Assembly (NCBI GenBank): GCA_964016885.1
Contig: OZ024742.1
Span: 167,586,001 to 167,650,000 of the forward strand
Length of the DNA: 64,000 nt
Direction of reading: 5' to 3'
From: Eledone cirrhosa
Taxonomy: Eukaryota
The position numbers were made by a program, and so were the translations under genes. Below, piece by piece: positions 11,901 to 24,935 of the stretch (the first letter of the stretch is position 1; each line of letters starts with the position of its first letter). Under the pieces are notes generated by a model, which was not told the origin of the DNA, searched no databases, and saw nothing but the letters and a program-made list of their open reading frames with translations.

Positions 11901-14314
11901 AGATTGTAAAAAAAATCAGGGGGAGATAATTTGTAAAAAAATCAGGGGGAGATAATTTGTAAAAAAATCAAGGGGAGATAATTTCCAGCTGTCCAAGGGG
12001 AGGTAATATCTAGCCGTCCAAGGGGAGATAATTTCCAGCCGTCCAAGGGGAGATAATTTCCAGCCGTCCAAGGGTAGATAATATCCAGCCGTCCAAGGAG
12101 ACATATTTTCCAGTCCTCCAAGGAGAGGTAATTTCTAGCCGTCCAAGTGGAGATAAATTCCAGCCTCCAAGGGGAGATAATTTCCAGCCAGCCAAGGGGA
12201 GATAATTTGTAAAAAATCAGGGGGAGATAATTTGTAAAAAAAATCAGGGGGAGATAATTTGTACAAAAAATCAGGGGTAGATAATTTGTAAAAAAAAATC
12301 AGGGGGAGATAATTTGTAAAAAGAATCAAGGGGAGATAATTTGCAGCCGTCCAAGGGGAGATAATTTCCCGCCAGCCAAGGGAAGATAATATTTAAAAAA
12401 ATCAGGCGGAGATAATTTGTAAAAAAAATCAGGGGGAGATAATTTGTAAAAAAATCAGGGGGAGATAATTTGTAAAAAAAAAATCAGGGGGAGATTTGTA
12501 AAAAAAATCAGGGGGAGATAATTTGTAAAAAAAATCAGGGGTAGATAATTTGTAAAAAAAAATCAGGGGTAGATAATTTGTAAAAAAAAATCAGGGGGAG
12601 ATAATTTGTAAAAAAAATCAATTGGAGATAATTTCCAGCCGTCCAAGGGGAGATAATTTTCAGCCGTCCAAGGAGAGGTAATTTCTAGACGTCCAAGGGG
12701 AGATAATTTCCAGCCGTCCAATGGGAGATAATTTCCAGCCGTCCAAGGGGAGATAATTTTTAAAAAAAAATCAGGCGGAGATAATTTGTAAAAAAAATCT
12801 AGGGGAGATAATTTGCAGCCGTCCAAGGGGAGATAATTTTCAGTCGTCCAAGGAGAGGTAATTTCTAGCCGTCCAAGGGGAGATAATTTCCAGCCGTCCA
12901 AGGGGAGATAATTTCCAGCCGTCCAAGGGGAGATAATTTTTTTTAAAAAATCAGGCGGAGATAATTTGTAAAAAAAATCAGGGGGAGATAATTTGTAAAA
13001 AAAAATCAGGGGGAGATAATTTGTAAAAAAAAATCAGGGGGAGATAATTTGTAAAAAAAATCAAGGAGAGATAATTTCCAGCCGTCCAAGGGAAGATAAT
13101 TTCAAGCCCTCCAAGGGGCTATAATTTCCAGTGTCCAAGGGGAGATAATTTCCAGCCAGCGAAGGGGAGATAATTTTTTTTTAAAAATCAGGGGGAGATT
13201 TGTAAAAAAAATCAGGGGGAGATAATTTGTAAAAAAAATCAAGGGGAGATAATTTCCAGCCGTCGAAGGGAAGATAATTTCCAGCCCTCCAAGGGGCTAT
13301 AATTTCCAGCGTCCAAGGGGAGATAATTTCCAGCCAGCGAAGGGGAGATAATTTTTTTTTTTTTAAATCAGGGGAACATAATTTGTAAAAAAAATCAGGG
13401 GGAGATAATTTGTAAAAAAAATCAAGGGGAGATAATTTGTAAAAAAAAATCAGGGGGAGATAATTTGTAAAAAAAAATCAGGGGGAGATAATTTGTAAAA
13501 AAATCAAGGGGAGATAATTTGTAAAAAAAAATCAAGGGGAGATAATTTCCAGCCGTCCAAGGGGAGATAATTTTCAGCCGTCCAAGGGGAGATAATTTCC
13601 CGCCAGCCAAGGAAAGATAATATTTAAAAAAATCAGGCGGAGATAATTTGTAAAAAAAATCAGGGGGAGATAATTTGTAAAAAAATCAGGGGGAGATAAT
13701 TTGTAAAAAAAAAATCAGGGGTAGATAATTTGTAAAAAAAAATCAGGGGGAGATAATTTGTAAAAAAAAATCAGGGGGAGATAATTTGTAAAAAAAATCA
13801 ATTGGAGATAATTTCCAGCCGTCCAAGGGGAGATAATTTTCAGCCGTCCAAGGAGAGGTAATTTCTAGACGTCCAAGGGGAGATAATTTCCAGCCGTCCA
13901 AGGGGAGATAATTTCCAGCCGTCCAAGGGTAGATAATATCCAGCCGTCCAAGGAGACATATTTTCCAGCTTTCCAAGGAGAGGTAATTTCTATCCGTCCA
14001 AGGGGAGATAAATTCCAGCCTCCAAGGGGAGATAATTTCCCGCCAGACAAGGGAAGGAAATATTTAAAAAAATCAGGCGGAGATAATTTGTAAAAAAAAT
14101 CAGGGGGAGATAATTTGTAAAAAAATCAGGGGGAGATAATTTGTAAAAAAAAAATCAGGGGGAGATAATTTGTAAAAAAAAATCAGGGGTAGATGATTTG
14201 TAAAAAAAAATCAGGGGGAGATAATTTGTAAAAAAAAATCAGGGGGAGATAATTTGTAAAAAAAATCAAGGGGAGATAATTTCCAGCCGTCCAAGGAGAG
14301 ATAATTTTAAAAAA

Positions 14315-17300
14315 AAATCAGGCGGAGATAATTTGTAAAAAAAATCAAGGGGAGATAATTTGTAAAAAAAAATCAGGGGGAGATAATTTGTAAAAAAAAT
14401 CAAGGGGAGATAATTTCCAGCCGTCCAAGGGAAGATAATTTCCAGCACTCCAAGGGGCTATAATTTCCAGTGTCCAAGGGGAGATAATTTCCAGCCAGCG
14501 AAGGGGAGATAATTTTTTTAAAAAAATCAGGGGGAGATATGTAAAAAAAATCAGAGGGAGATAATTTCCAGCCGTCCAAAGAGAGATAATTTCTAGCCGT
14601 CCAAGGGGAGAAAATTTCCAGCCAAGGGGAGATAATTTCCAGCCGTCCAAGGGGAGATAATTTTTTAAAAAATCAGGGGGAGATAATTTGTAAAAACAAA
14701 ATCAAGGGCAGATAATTTCCAGCTGTCCAAGGGGAGATAGTTTCCAGCCGTGCAAGGGGAGATAATTTCCAGCCGTCCAAGGGGAGATAATTTCCATACT
14801 TCCAAGGGGAGATAATTTCCAGCCGTCCAAGGGGAGATAATTTCCCGCCAGCCAAGGGAAGATAATTTGTAAAAAAATCAGGGGGAGATAATTTGTAAAA
14901 AAAAAATCAGGGGGAGATAATTTGTAAAAAAAAATCAGGGGGAGATAATTTGTAAAAAAAAAATCAGGGGTAGATAATTTGTAAAAAAAATCAGGGCTAG
15001 ATAATTTGTAAAAAAAAATCAGGGGGAGATAATTTGTAAAAAAAAATCAGGGGGAGATAATTTGTAAAAAAATCAAGGGGAGATAATATGCAGCCGTCCA
15101 AGGGGAGATAATTTTCAGCCGTCCAAGGAGAGGTAATTTCTAGCCGTCCAAGGGGAGATAATTTCCAGCCGTCCAAGGGGAGATAATTTCCAGCCGTCCA
15201 AGGGGAGATAGTTTTTTTAAAAAATCAGCCGGAGATAATTTGTAAAAAAAAAATCAGGGGGAGATAATTTGTAAAAAAAAATCAGGGGGAGATAATTTGT
15301 AAAAAAAAATCAGGGGGAGATAATTTGTAAAAAAATCAAGGGGAGATAATTTCCAGCCGTCCAAGGGAAGATAATTTCCAGCCCTCGAAGGGGCTATAAT
15401 TTCCAGCGTCCAAGGGGAGATAATTTCCAGCCAGCGAAGGGGAGATAATTTTTTAAAAAAAATCATTGGGAGATTTGTAAAAAAAATCAGGGGGAGATAA
15501 TTAGTAAAAAAAATCAAGGGGAGATAATTTCCAGCCCTCCAAGGGGAGGTAATATCTAGCCGTCCAAGGGGAGATAATTTCCAGCCGTCCAAGGGGAGAT
15601 AATTTCCAGCCGTCCAAGGGTAGATAATATCCAGCCGTCCAAGTAGACATTTTCCAGCCGTCCAAGGAGAGGTAATTTCTAGCCGTCCAAGGGGAGATAA
15701 ATTCCAGCCTCCAAGGGGAGATAATTTCCAGCCAGCCAAGGGGAGATAATTTGTAAAAAAATCAGGGGGAGATAATTTGTAAAAAAAATCAGGGGGAGAT
15801 AATTTGTAAAAAAAATCAAGGGGAGATAATTTCCAGCCGTCCAAGGGGAGATAATTTTCAGCCGTCCAAGGGGAGATAATTTCCAGCCGTCCAAGGGGAG
15901 ATAATTTCCATCCTTCCAAGGGGAGATAATTTCCAGCCGTCCAAGGGGAGATAATTTTCAGCCGTCCAAGGGGAGATAATTTCCCGCCAGCCAAGGGAAG
16001 ATAATATTTTAAAAAATCAGGCGGAGATAATTTGTAAAAAAAATCAGGGGGAGATAATTTGTAAAAAAATCAGGGGGAGATAATTTGTAAAAAAAAAATC
16101 AGGGGGAGATAATTTGTAAAAAAAATCAGGGGGAGATAATTTGTAAAAAAAAATCAGAGGTAGATAATTTGTAAAAAAAAATCAGGGGGAGATAATTTGT
16201 AAAAAAAAAATCAGGGGGAGATAATTTGTAAAAAAAATCAAGGGAGATAATTTCCAGCCGTCCAAGGAGAGATAATTTTTTAAAAAAATCAGGCGGAGAT
16301 AATTTGTAAAAAAAAATCAAGGGGAGATAATTTGTAAAAAAAAATCAAGGGGAGATAAGTTGTAAAAAAAATCAAGGGGAGATAATTTCCAGCCGTCCAA
16401 GGGAAGATAATTTCCAGCACTCCAAGGGGCTATAATTTCCAGTGTCCAAGGGGAGATAATTTCCAGCCAGCGAAGGGGAGATAATTTTTTTAAAAAAATC
16501 AGGGGGAGATATGTAAAAAAATCAGAGGGAGATAATTTCTAAAAAAAATCAAAGGGAGATAATTTCCAGCCGTCCAAAGAGAGATAATTTCTAGCCGTCC
16601 AAGGGGAGATAATTTCCAGCCAAGGGGAGATAATTTCCAGCCGTCCAAGGGGAGATAATTATTTAAAAAATCAGGTGGAGATAATTTGTAAAAAAAATCA
16701 GGGGGAGATAATTTGTAAAAACAAAATCAAGGGCAGATAATTTCCAGCTGTCCAAGGGGAGATAATTTCCAGCCGTGCAAGGGGAGATAATTTCCAGCCG
16801 TCCAAGGGGAGATAATTTCCATCCTTCCAAGGGGAGATAATGTCCAGCCGTCCAAGGGGAGATAATTTCCCGCCAGCCAAGGGAAGATAATTTTTAAAAA
16901 AATCAGGCGGAGATTGTAAAAAAAATCAGGGGGAGATAATTTGTAAAAAAAAAATCAGGGGGAGATAATTTGTAAAAAAAATCAGGGGTAGATAATTTGT
17001 AAAAAAAAATCAGGGGGAGATAATTTGTAAAAAAAAATCAGGGGGAGATAATTTCTAAAAAAATCAAGGGGAGATAATATGCAGACGTCCAAGGGGAGAT
17101 AATTTTCAGCCGTCCAAGGAGAGGTAATTTCTAGCCGTCCAAGGGGAGATAATTTCCAGCCGTCCAAGGGGAGATAATTTCCAGCCGTCCAAGGGGAGAT
17201 AGTTTTTTTAAAAAAATCAGGCGGAGATAATTTGTAAAAAAAAAATCAGGGGGAGATAATTTGTAAAAAAAAATCAGGGGGAGATAATTTGTGAAAAAAA

Positions 17301-20300
17301 AATTAGGGGGAGATAATTTGTAAAAAAAATCAGGGGGAGATAATTAGTAAAAAAAATCAAGGGGAGATAATTTCCAGCCGTCCAAGGGGAGGTAATATCT
17401 AGCCGTCCAAGGGGAGATAATTTCCAGCCGTCCAAGGGGAGATAATTTCCAGCCGTCCAAGGGTAGATAATATCCAGCCGTCCAAGTAGACATATTTTCC
17501 AGCCGTCCAAGGAGAGGTAATTTCTAGCCGTCCAAGGGGAGATAAATTCCAGCCTCCAAGGGGAGATAATTTCCAGCCAGCCAAGGGGAGATAATTTGTA
17601 AAAAAATCAGGGGAGATAATTTGTAAAAAAAATCAGGGGGAGATAATTTGTAAAAAAAAATCAGGGGGAGATAATTTGTAAAAAAAAATCAGGGGGAGAT
17701 AATTTGTAAAAAAAATCAGGGGGAGATAATTTGTAAAAAAAAATCAGGGGGAGATAATTTGTAAAAAAAAATCAGGGGGAGATAATTTGTAAAAAAAAAT
17801 CAGGGGGAGATAATTTGTAAAAAAAATCAAGGGGAGATAATTTCCAGCCGTCCAAGGGGAGATAATTTCCAGCCGTCCAAGGGGAGGTAATATCTAGCCG
17901 TCCAAGGGGAGATAATTTCCAGCCGTCCAAGAGGAGATAATTTCCAGCCGTCCAAGGGTAGATAATATCCAGCTGTCCAAGGAGACATATTTTCCAGCCG
18001 TCCAAGGAGAGGTAATTTCTAGCCGTCCAAGGGGAGATAAATTCCAGCCTCCAAGGGGAGATAATTTGTAAAAAAATCAGGGGGAGATAATTTGTAAAAA
18101 AAATCAGGGGGAGATAATTTGTAAAAAAAAATCAGGGGGAGATAATTTGTAAAAAAAATCAGGGGGAGATAATTTGTAAAAAAAAATCAAGGGGAGATAA
18201 TTTCCAGCCGTCCAAGGGGAGATAATTTTCAGCCGCCCAAGGGGAGATAATTTCCCGCCAGCCAAGGGAAGATAATATTTAAAAAATCAGGCGGAGATAA
18301 TTTGTAAAAAAAATCAGGGGGAGATAATTTGTAAAAAAATCAGGGGGAGATAATTTGTAAAAAAAAAATCAGGGGGAGATAATTTGTAAAAAAAATCAGG
18401 GGGAGATGATTTGTAAAAAAATCAGGGGTAGATAATTTGTAAAAAAAAATCAGGGGGAGATAATTTGTAAAAAAAAATCAGGGGGAGATAATTTGTAAAA
18501 AAAATCAAGAGGAGATAATTTCCAGCCGTCGAAGGGAAGATAGTTTCCAGCCCTCCAAGGGGCTATAATTTCCAGCGTCCAAGGGGAGATAATTTCCAGC
18601 CAGCGAAGGGGAGATAATTTTTTTAAAAAAATCATTGGGAGATTTGTAAAAAAAATCAGGGGGAGATAAGTGGTAAAAAAAATCAAGGTGAGATAATTTC
18701 CAGCCGTCCAAGGGGAGGTAATATCTAGCCGTCCAAGGGGAGATAATTTCCAGCCGTCCAAGGGGAGATAATTTCCAGCCGTCCAAGGGTAGATAATATC
18801 CAGCCGTCCAAGTAGACATTTTCCAGCCGTCCAAGGAGAGGTAATTTCTAGCCGTCCAAGGGGAGATAAATTCCAGCCTCCAAGGGGAGATAATTTCCAG
18901 CCAGCCAAGGGGAGATAATTTGTAAAAAAATCAGGGGGAGATAATTTGTAAAAAAAATCAGGGGGAGATATTTTGTAAAAAAAAATCAGGGGGAGATAAT
19001 TTGTAAAAAAAAATCAGGGGGAGATAATTTGTAAAAAGAAATCAGGGGGAGATAATTTGTAAAAAAAATCAAGGGGAGATAATTTCCAGCCGTCCAAGGG
19101 GAGATAATTTTCAGCCGTCCAAGGGGAGATAATTTCCCGCCAGCCAAGGGAAGATAATATTTAAAAAAATCAGGCGGAGATAATTTGTAAAAAAAATCAG
19201 GGGGAGATAATTTGTAAAAAAATCAGGGGGAGATAATTTGTAAAAAAAAAATCAGGGGGAGATAATTTGTAAAAAAAATCAGGGGGAGATAATTTGTAAA
19301 AAAAAATCAGGGGTAGATAATTTGTAAAAAAAAATCAGGGGGAGATAATTTGTAAAAAAAAATCAGGGGGAGATAATTTGTAAAAAAAATCAAGGGGAGA
19401 TAATTTCCAGCCGTCCAAGGAGAGATAATTTTAAAAAAAAATCAGGCGGAGATAATTTGTAAAAAAAAATCAGGGGGAGATAATTTGTAAAAAAAATCAA
19501 GGGGAGATAATTTCCAGCCGTCCAAGGGAAGATAATTTCCAGCACTCCAAGGGGCTATAATTTCCAGTGTCCAAGGGGAGATAATTTCCAGCCAGCGAAG
19601 GGGAGATAATTTTTTTAAAAAAATCAGGGGGAGATATGTAAAAAAAATCAGAGGGAGATAATTTCTAAAAAAAATCAAAGGGAGATAATTTCCAGCCGTC
19701 CAAAGAGAGATAATTTCTAGCCGTCCAAGGGGAGATAATTTCCAGCCAAGGGGAGATAATATCCAGCCGTCCAAGGGGAGATAATTTCCAGCCGTCCAAG
19801 GGGAGATAATTTCCAGCCGTGCAAGGGGAGATAATTTCCAGCCGTCCAAGGGGAGATAATTTCCATCCTTCCAAGGGGAGATAATCTCCAGCCGTTCAAG
19901 GGGAGATAATTTCCCGCCAGCCAAGGGAAGATAATTTTTAAAAAAATCAGGCGTAGATTGTAAAAAAAATCAGGGGGAGATAATTTGTAAAAAAATCAGG
20001 GGGAGATAATTTGTTAAAAAAAAATCAGGGGAGATAATTTGTAAAAAAAAATCAGGGGGAGATAATTTGTAAAAAAAAATCAGGGGGAGATAATTTGTAA
20101 AAAAAATCAGGGGTAGATAATTTGTAAAAAAAAATCAGGGGGAGATAATTTGTAAAAAAAAATCAGGGGGAGATAATTTGTAAAAAAATCAAGGGGAGAT
20201 AATATGCAGCCGTCCAAGGGGAGATAATTTTCAGCCGTCCAAGGAGAGGTAATTTCTAGCCGTCCAAGGGGAGATAATTTCCAGCCGTCCAAGGGGAGAT

Positions 20301-20340
20301 AATTTCCAGCCGTCCAAGGGGAGATAGTTTTTTTTAACAA
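14315..20340 (+). repeat. More diverged direct copy of ~5340-11520 (offset ~8.9-9.0 kb)
   Basis: ORFs 5371->14345 (+8974), 7784->16698, 8858->17772 and 9536->18450 (+8914) match, with whole-monomer indels. Confidence 0.85.
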
Positions 20341-20454
20341 ATCAGGCGGATAATTTGTAAAAAAAAAATCAGGGGGAGATAATTTGTAAAAAAAAATCAG
20401 GGGGAGATAATTTGTAAAAAAAATCAGGGGGAGATAATTTGTAAAAAAAATCAA

Positions 20455-23400
20455 GGGGAGATAATATGCAGCCGTCCAAGGGGAGATAATTTTCAGCCGT
20501 CCAAGGAGAGGTAATTTCTAGCCGTCCAAGGGGAGATAATTTCCAGCCGTCCAAGGGGAGATAATTTCCAGCCGTCCAAGGGGAGATAGTTTTTTTAAAA
20601 AATCAGCCGGAGATAATTTGTAAAAAAAAAATCAGGGGGAGATAATTTGTAAAAAAAAATCAGGGGGAGATAATTTGTAAAAAAAAATCAGGGGGAGATA
20701 ATTTGTAAAAAAAATCAAGGGGAGATAATTTCCAGCCGTCCAAGGGAAGATAATTTCCAGCCCTCGAAGGGGCTATAATTTCCAGCGTCCAAGGGGAGAT
20801 AATTTCCAGCCAGCGAAGGGGAGATAATTTTTTAAAAAGAATCATTGGGAGATTTGTAAAAAAAATCAGGGGGAGATAATTAGTAAAAAAAATCAAGGGG
20901 AGATAATTTCCAGCCGTCCAAGGGGAGGTAATATCTAGCCGTCCAAGGGGAGATAATTTCCAGCCGTCCAAGGGGAGATAATTTCCAGCCGTCCAAGGGT
21001 AGATAATATCCAGCCGTCCAAGTAGACATTTTCCAGCCGTCCAAGGAGAGGTAATTTCTAGCCGTCCAAGGGGAGATAAATTCCAGCCTCCAAAGGGAGA
21101 TAATTTCCAGCCAGCCAAGGGGAGATAATTTGTAAAAAAATCAGGGGGAGATAATTTGTAAAAAAAATCAGGGGGAGATAATTTGTAAACAAAAATCAGG
21201 GGGAGATAATTTGTAAAAAAATCAGGGGGAGATAATTTGTAAAAAAAATCAGGGGGAGATAATTTGTAAAAAAAAATCAAGGGGAGATAATTTCCAGCCG
21301 TCCAAGGGGAGATAATTTTCAGCCGTCCAAGGGGAGATAATTTCCAGCCGTCCAAGGGGAGATAATTTCCATCCTTCCAAGGGGAGATAATTTCCAGCCG
21401 TCCAAGGGGAGATAATTTTCAGCCGTCCAAGGGGAGATAATTTCCCGCCAGCCAAGGGAAGATAATATTTTAAAAAATCAGGCGGAGATAATTTGTAAAA
21501 AAAATCAGGGGGAGATAATTTGTAAAAAAATTAGGGGGAGATAATTTGTAAAAAAAAAATCAGGGGGAGATAATTTGTAAAAAAAATCAGGGGGAGATAA
21601 TTTGTAAAAAAAAATCAGGGGTAGATAATTTGTAAAAAAAAATCAGGGGGAGATAATTTGTAAAAAAAAAATCAGGGGGAGATAATTTGTAAAAAAAATC
21701 AAGGGGAGATAATTTCCAGCCGTCCAAGGAGAGATAATTTTTTAAAAAAATCAGGCGGAGATAATTTGTAAAAAAAAATCAAGGGGAGATAATTTGTAAA
21801 AAAAAATCAAGGGGAGATAATTTGTAAAAAAAATCAAGGGGAGATAATTTCCAGCCGTCCAAGGGAAGATAATTTCCAGCACTCCAAGGGGCTATAATTT
21901 CCAGTGTCCAAGGGGAGATAATTTCCAGCCAGCGAAGGGGAGATAATTTTTTTAAAAAAATCAGGGGGAGATATGTAAAAAAAATCAGAGGGAGATAATT
22001 TCTAAAAAAAATCAAAGGGAGATAATTTCCAGCCGTCCAAAGAGAGATAATTTCTAGCCGTCCAAGGGGAGATAATTTCCAGCCAAGGGGAGATAATTTC
22101 CAGCCGTCCAAGGGGAGATAATTATTTAAAAAATCAGGTGGAGATAATTTGTAAAAAAAATCAGGGGGAGATAATTTGTAAAAACAAAATCAAGGGCAGA
22201 TAATTTCCAGCTGTCCAAGGGGAGATAATTTCCAGCCGTGCAAGGGGAGATAATTTCCAGCCGTCCAAGGGGAGATAATTTCCATCCTTCCAAGGGGAGA
22301 TAATGTCCAGCCGTCCAAGGGGAGATAATTTCCCGCCAGCCAAGGGAAGATAATTTTTAAAAAAATCAGGCGGAGATTGTAAAAAAAATCAGGGGGAGAT
22401 AATTTGTAAAAAAAAAATCAGGGGGAGATAATTTGTAAAAAAAATCAGGGGTAGATAATTTGTAAAAAAAAATCAGGGGGAGATAATTTCTAAAAAATAA
22501 TCAGGGGGAGATAATTTCTAAAAAAATCAAGGGGAGATAATATGCAGCCGTCCAAGGGGAGATAATTTTCAGCCGTCCAAGGAGAGGTAATTTCTAGCCG
22601 TCCAAGGGGAGATAATTTCCAGCCGTCCAAGGGGAGATAATTTCCAGCCGTCCAAGGGGAGATAGTTTTTTTAAAAAAATCATGCGGAGATAATTTGTAA
22701 AAAAAAAAATCAGGGGGAGATAATTCGTAAAAAAAATCAGGGGGAGATAATTTGTGAAAAAAAAATCAGGGGGAGATAATTTGTAAAAAAAATCAGGGGG
22801 AGATAATTAGTAAAAAAAATCAAGGGGAGATAATTTCCAGCCGTCCAAGGGGAGGTAATATCTAGCCGTCCAAGGGGAGATAATTTCCAGCCGTCCAAGG
22901 GGAGATAATTTCCAGCCGTCCAAGGGTAGATAATATCCAGCCGTCCAAGTAGACATATTTTCCAGCCGTCCAAGGAGAGGTAATTTCTAGCCGTCCAAGG
23001 GGAGATAAATTCCAGCCTCCAAGGGGAGATAATTTCCAGCCAGCCAAGGGGAGATAATTTGTAAAAAAATCAGGGGAGATAATTTGTAAAAAAAATCAGG
23101 GGGAGATAATTTGTAAAAAAAAATCAGGGGGAGATAATTTGTAAAAAAAAATCAGGGGGAGATAATTTGTAAAAAAAATCAGGGGGAGATAATTTGTAAA
23201 AAAAATCAGGGGGAGATAATTTGTAAAAAAAAATCAGGGGGAGATAATTTGTAAAAAAAAATCAGGGGGAGATAATTTGTAAAAAAAATCAAGGGGAGAT
23301 AATTTCCAGCCGTCCAAGGGGAGATAATTTCCAGCCGTCCAAGGGGAGGTAATATCTAGCCGTCCAAGGGGAGATAATTTCCAGCCGTCCAAGAGGAGAT

Positions 23401-24935
23401 AATTTCCAGCCGTCCAAGGGTAGATAATATCCAGCCGTCCAAGGAGACATATTTTCCAGCCGTCCAAGGAGAGGTAATTTCTAGCCGTCCAAGGGGAGAT
23501 AAATTCCAGCCTCCAAGGGGAGATAATTTGTAAAAAATCAGGGGGAGATAATTTGTAAAAAAAATCAGGGGGAGATAATTTGTAAAAAAAAATCAGGGGG
23601 AGATAATTTGTAAAAAAAATCAGGGGGAGATAATTTGTAAAAATAAATCAAGGGGAGATAATTTCCAGCCGTCCAAGGGGAGATAATTTTCAGCCGCCCA
23701 AGGGGAGATAATTTCCCGCCAGCCAAGGGAAGATAATATTTAAAAAATCAGGCGGAGATAATTTGTAAAAAAAATCAGGGGGAGATAATTTGTAAAAAAA
23801 TCAGGGGGAGATAATTTGTAAAAAAAAAATCAGGGGGAGATAATTTGTAAAAAAAATCAGGGGGAGATGATTTGTAAAAAAAATCAGGGGTAGATAATTT
23901 GTAAAAAAAAATCAGGGGGAGATAATTTGTAAAAAAAAATCAGGGGGAGATAATTTGTAAAAAAAATCAAGAGGAGATAATTTCCAGCCGTCGAAGGGAA
24001 GATAGTTTCCAGCCCTCCAAGGGGCTATAATTTCCAGCGTCCAAGGGGAGATAATTTCCAGCCAGCGAAGGGGAGATAATTTTTTTAAAAAAATCATTGG
24101 GAGATTTGTAAAAAAAATCAGGGGGAGATAATTGGTAAAAAAAATCAAGGGGAGATAATTTCCAGCCGTCCAAGGGGAGGTAATATCTAGCCGTCCAAGG
24201 GGAGATAATTTCCAGCCGTCCAAGGGGAGATAATTTCCAGCCGTCCAAGGGTAGATAATATCCAGCCGTCCAAGTAGACATTTTCCAGCCGTCCAAGGAG
24301 AGGTAATTTCTAGCCGTCCAAGGGGAGATAAATTCCAGCCTCCAAGGGGAGATAATTTCCAGCCAGCCAAGGGGAGATAATTTGTAAAAAAATCAGGGGG
24401 AGATAATTTGTAAAAAAAATCAGGGGGAGATATTTTGTAAAAAAAAATCAGGGGGAGATAATTTGTAAAAAAAAATCAGGGGGAGATAATTTGTAAAAAA
24501 AAATCAGGGGGAGATAATTTGTAAAAAAAATCAAGGGGAGATAATTTCCAGCCGTCCAAGGGGAGATAATTTTCAGCCGTCCAAGGGGAGATAATTTCCC
24601 GCCAGCCAAGGGAAGATAATATTTAAAAAAATCAGGCGGAGATAATTTGTAAAAAAAATCAGGGGGAGATAATTTGTAAAAAAATCAGGGGGAGATAATT
24701 TGTAAAAAAAAAATCAGGGGGAGATAATTTGTAAAAAAAATCAGGGGGAGATAATTTGTAAAAAAAAATCAGGGGTAGATAATTTGTAAAAAAAAATCAG
24801 GGGGAGATAATTTGTAAAAAAAAATCAGGGGGAGATAATTTGTAAAAAAAATCAAGGGGAGATAATTTCCAGCCGTCCAAGGAGAGATAATTTAAAAAAA
24901 AAATCAGGCGGAGATAATTTGTAAAAAAAAATCAA
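20455..24935 (+). repeat. Direct copy of ~6080-10560 (offset ~14,377 bp)
   Basis: ORFs 6872->21249, 7784->22161 and 9536->23912 match. Shared variants are CCAAAGGGA, GTAAACAAAAA, TTAGGGGG, CATGCGG and AATTCGT. Confidence 0.9.

Noticed and set aside
13350-13370. Long T tract as a terminator or retroelement tail
   Set aside because: It is an expanded TnAm junction within a B monomer, repeated at ~37025, 40300, 41670 and 52050, with no hairpin, gene or target-site duplication.
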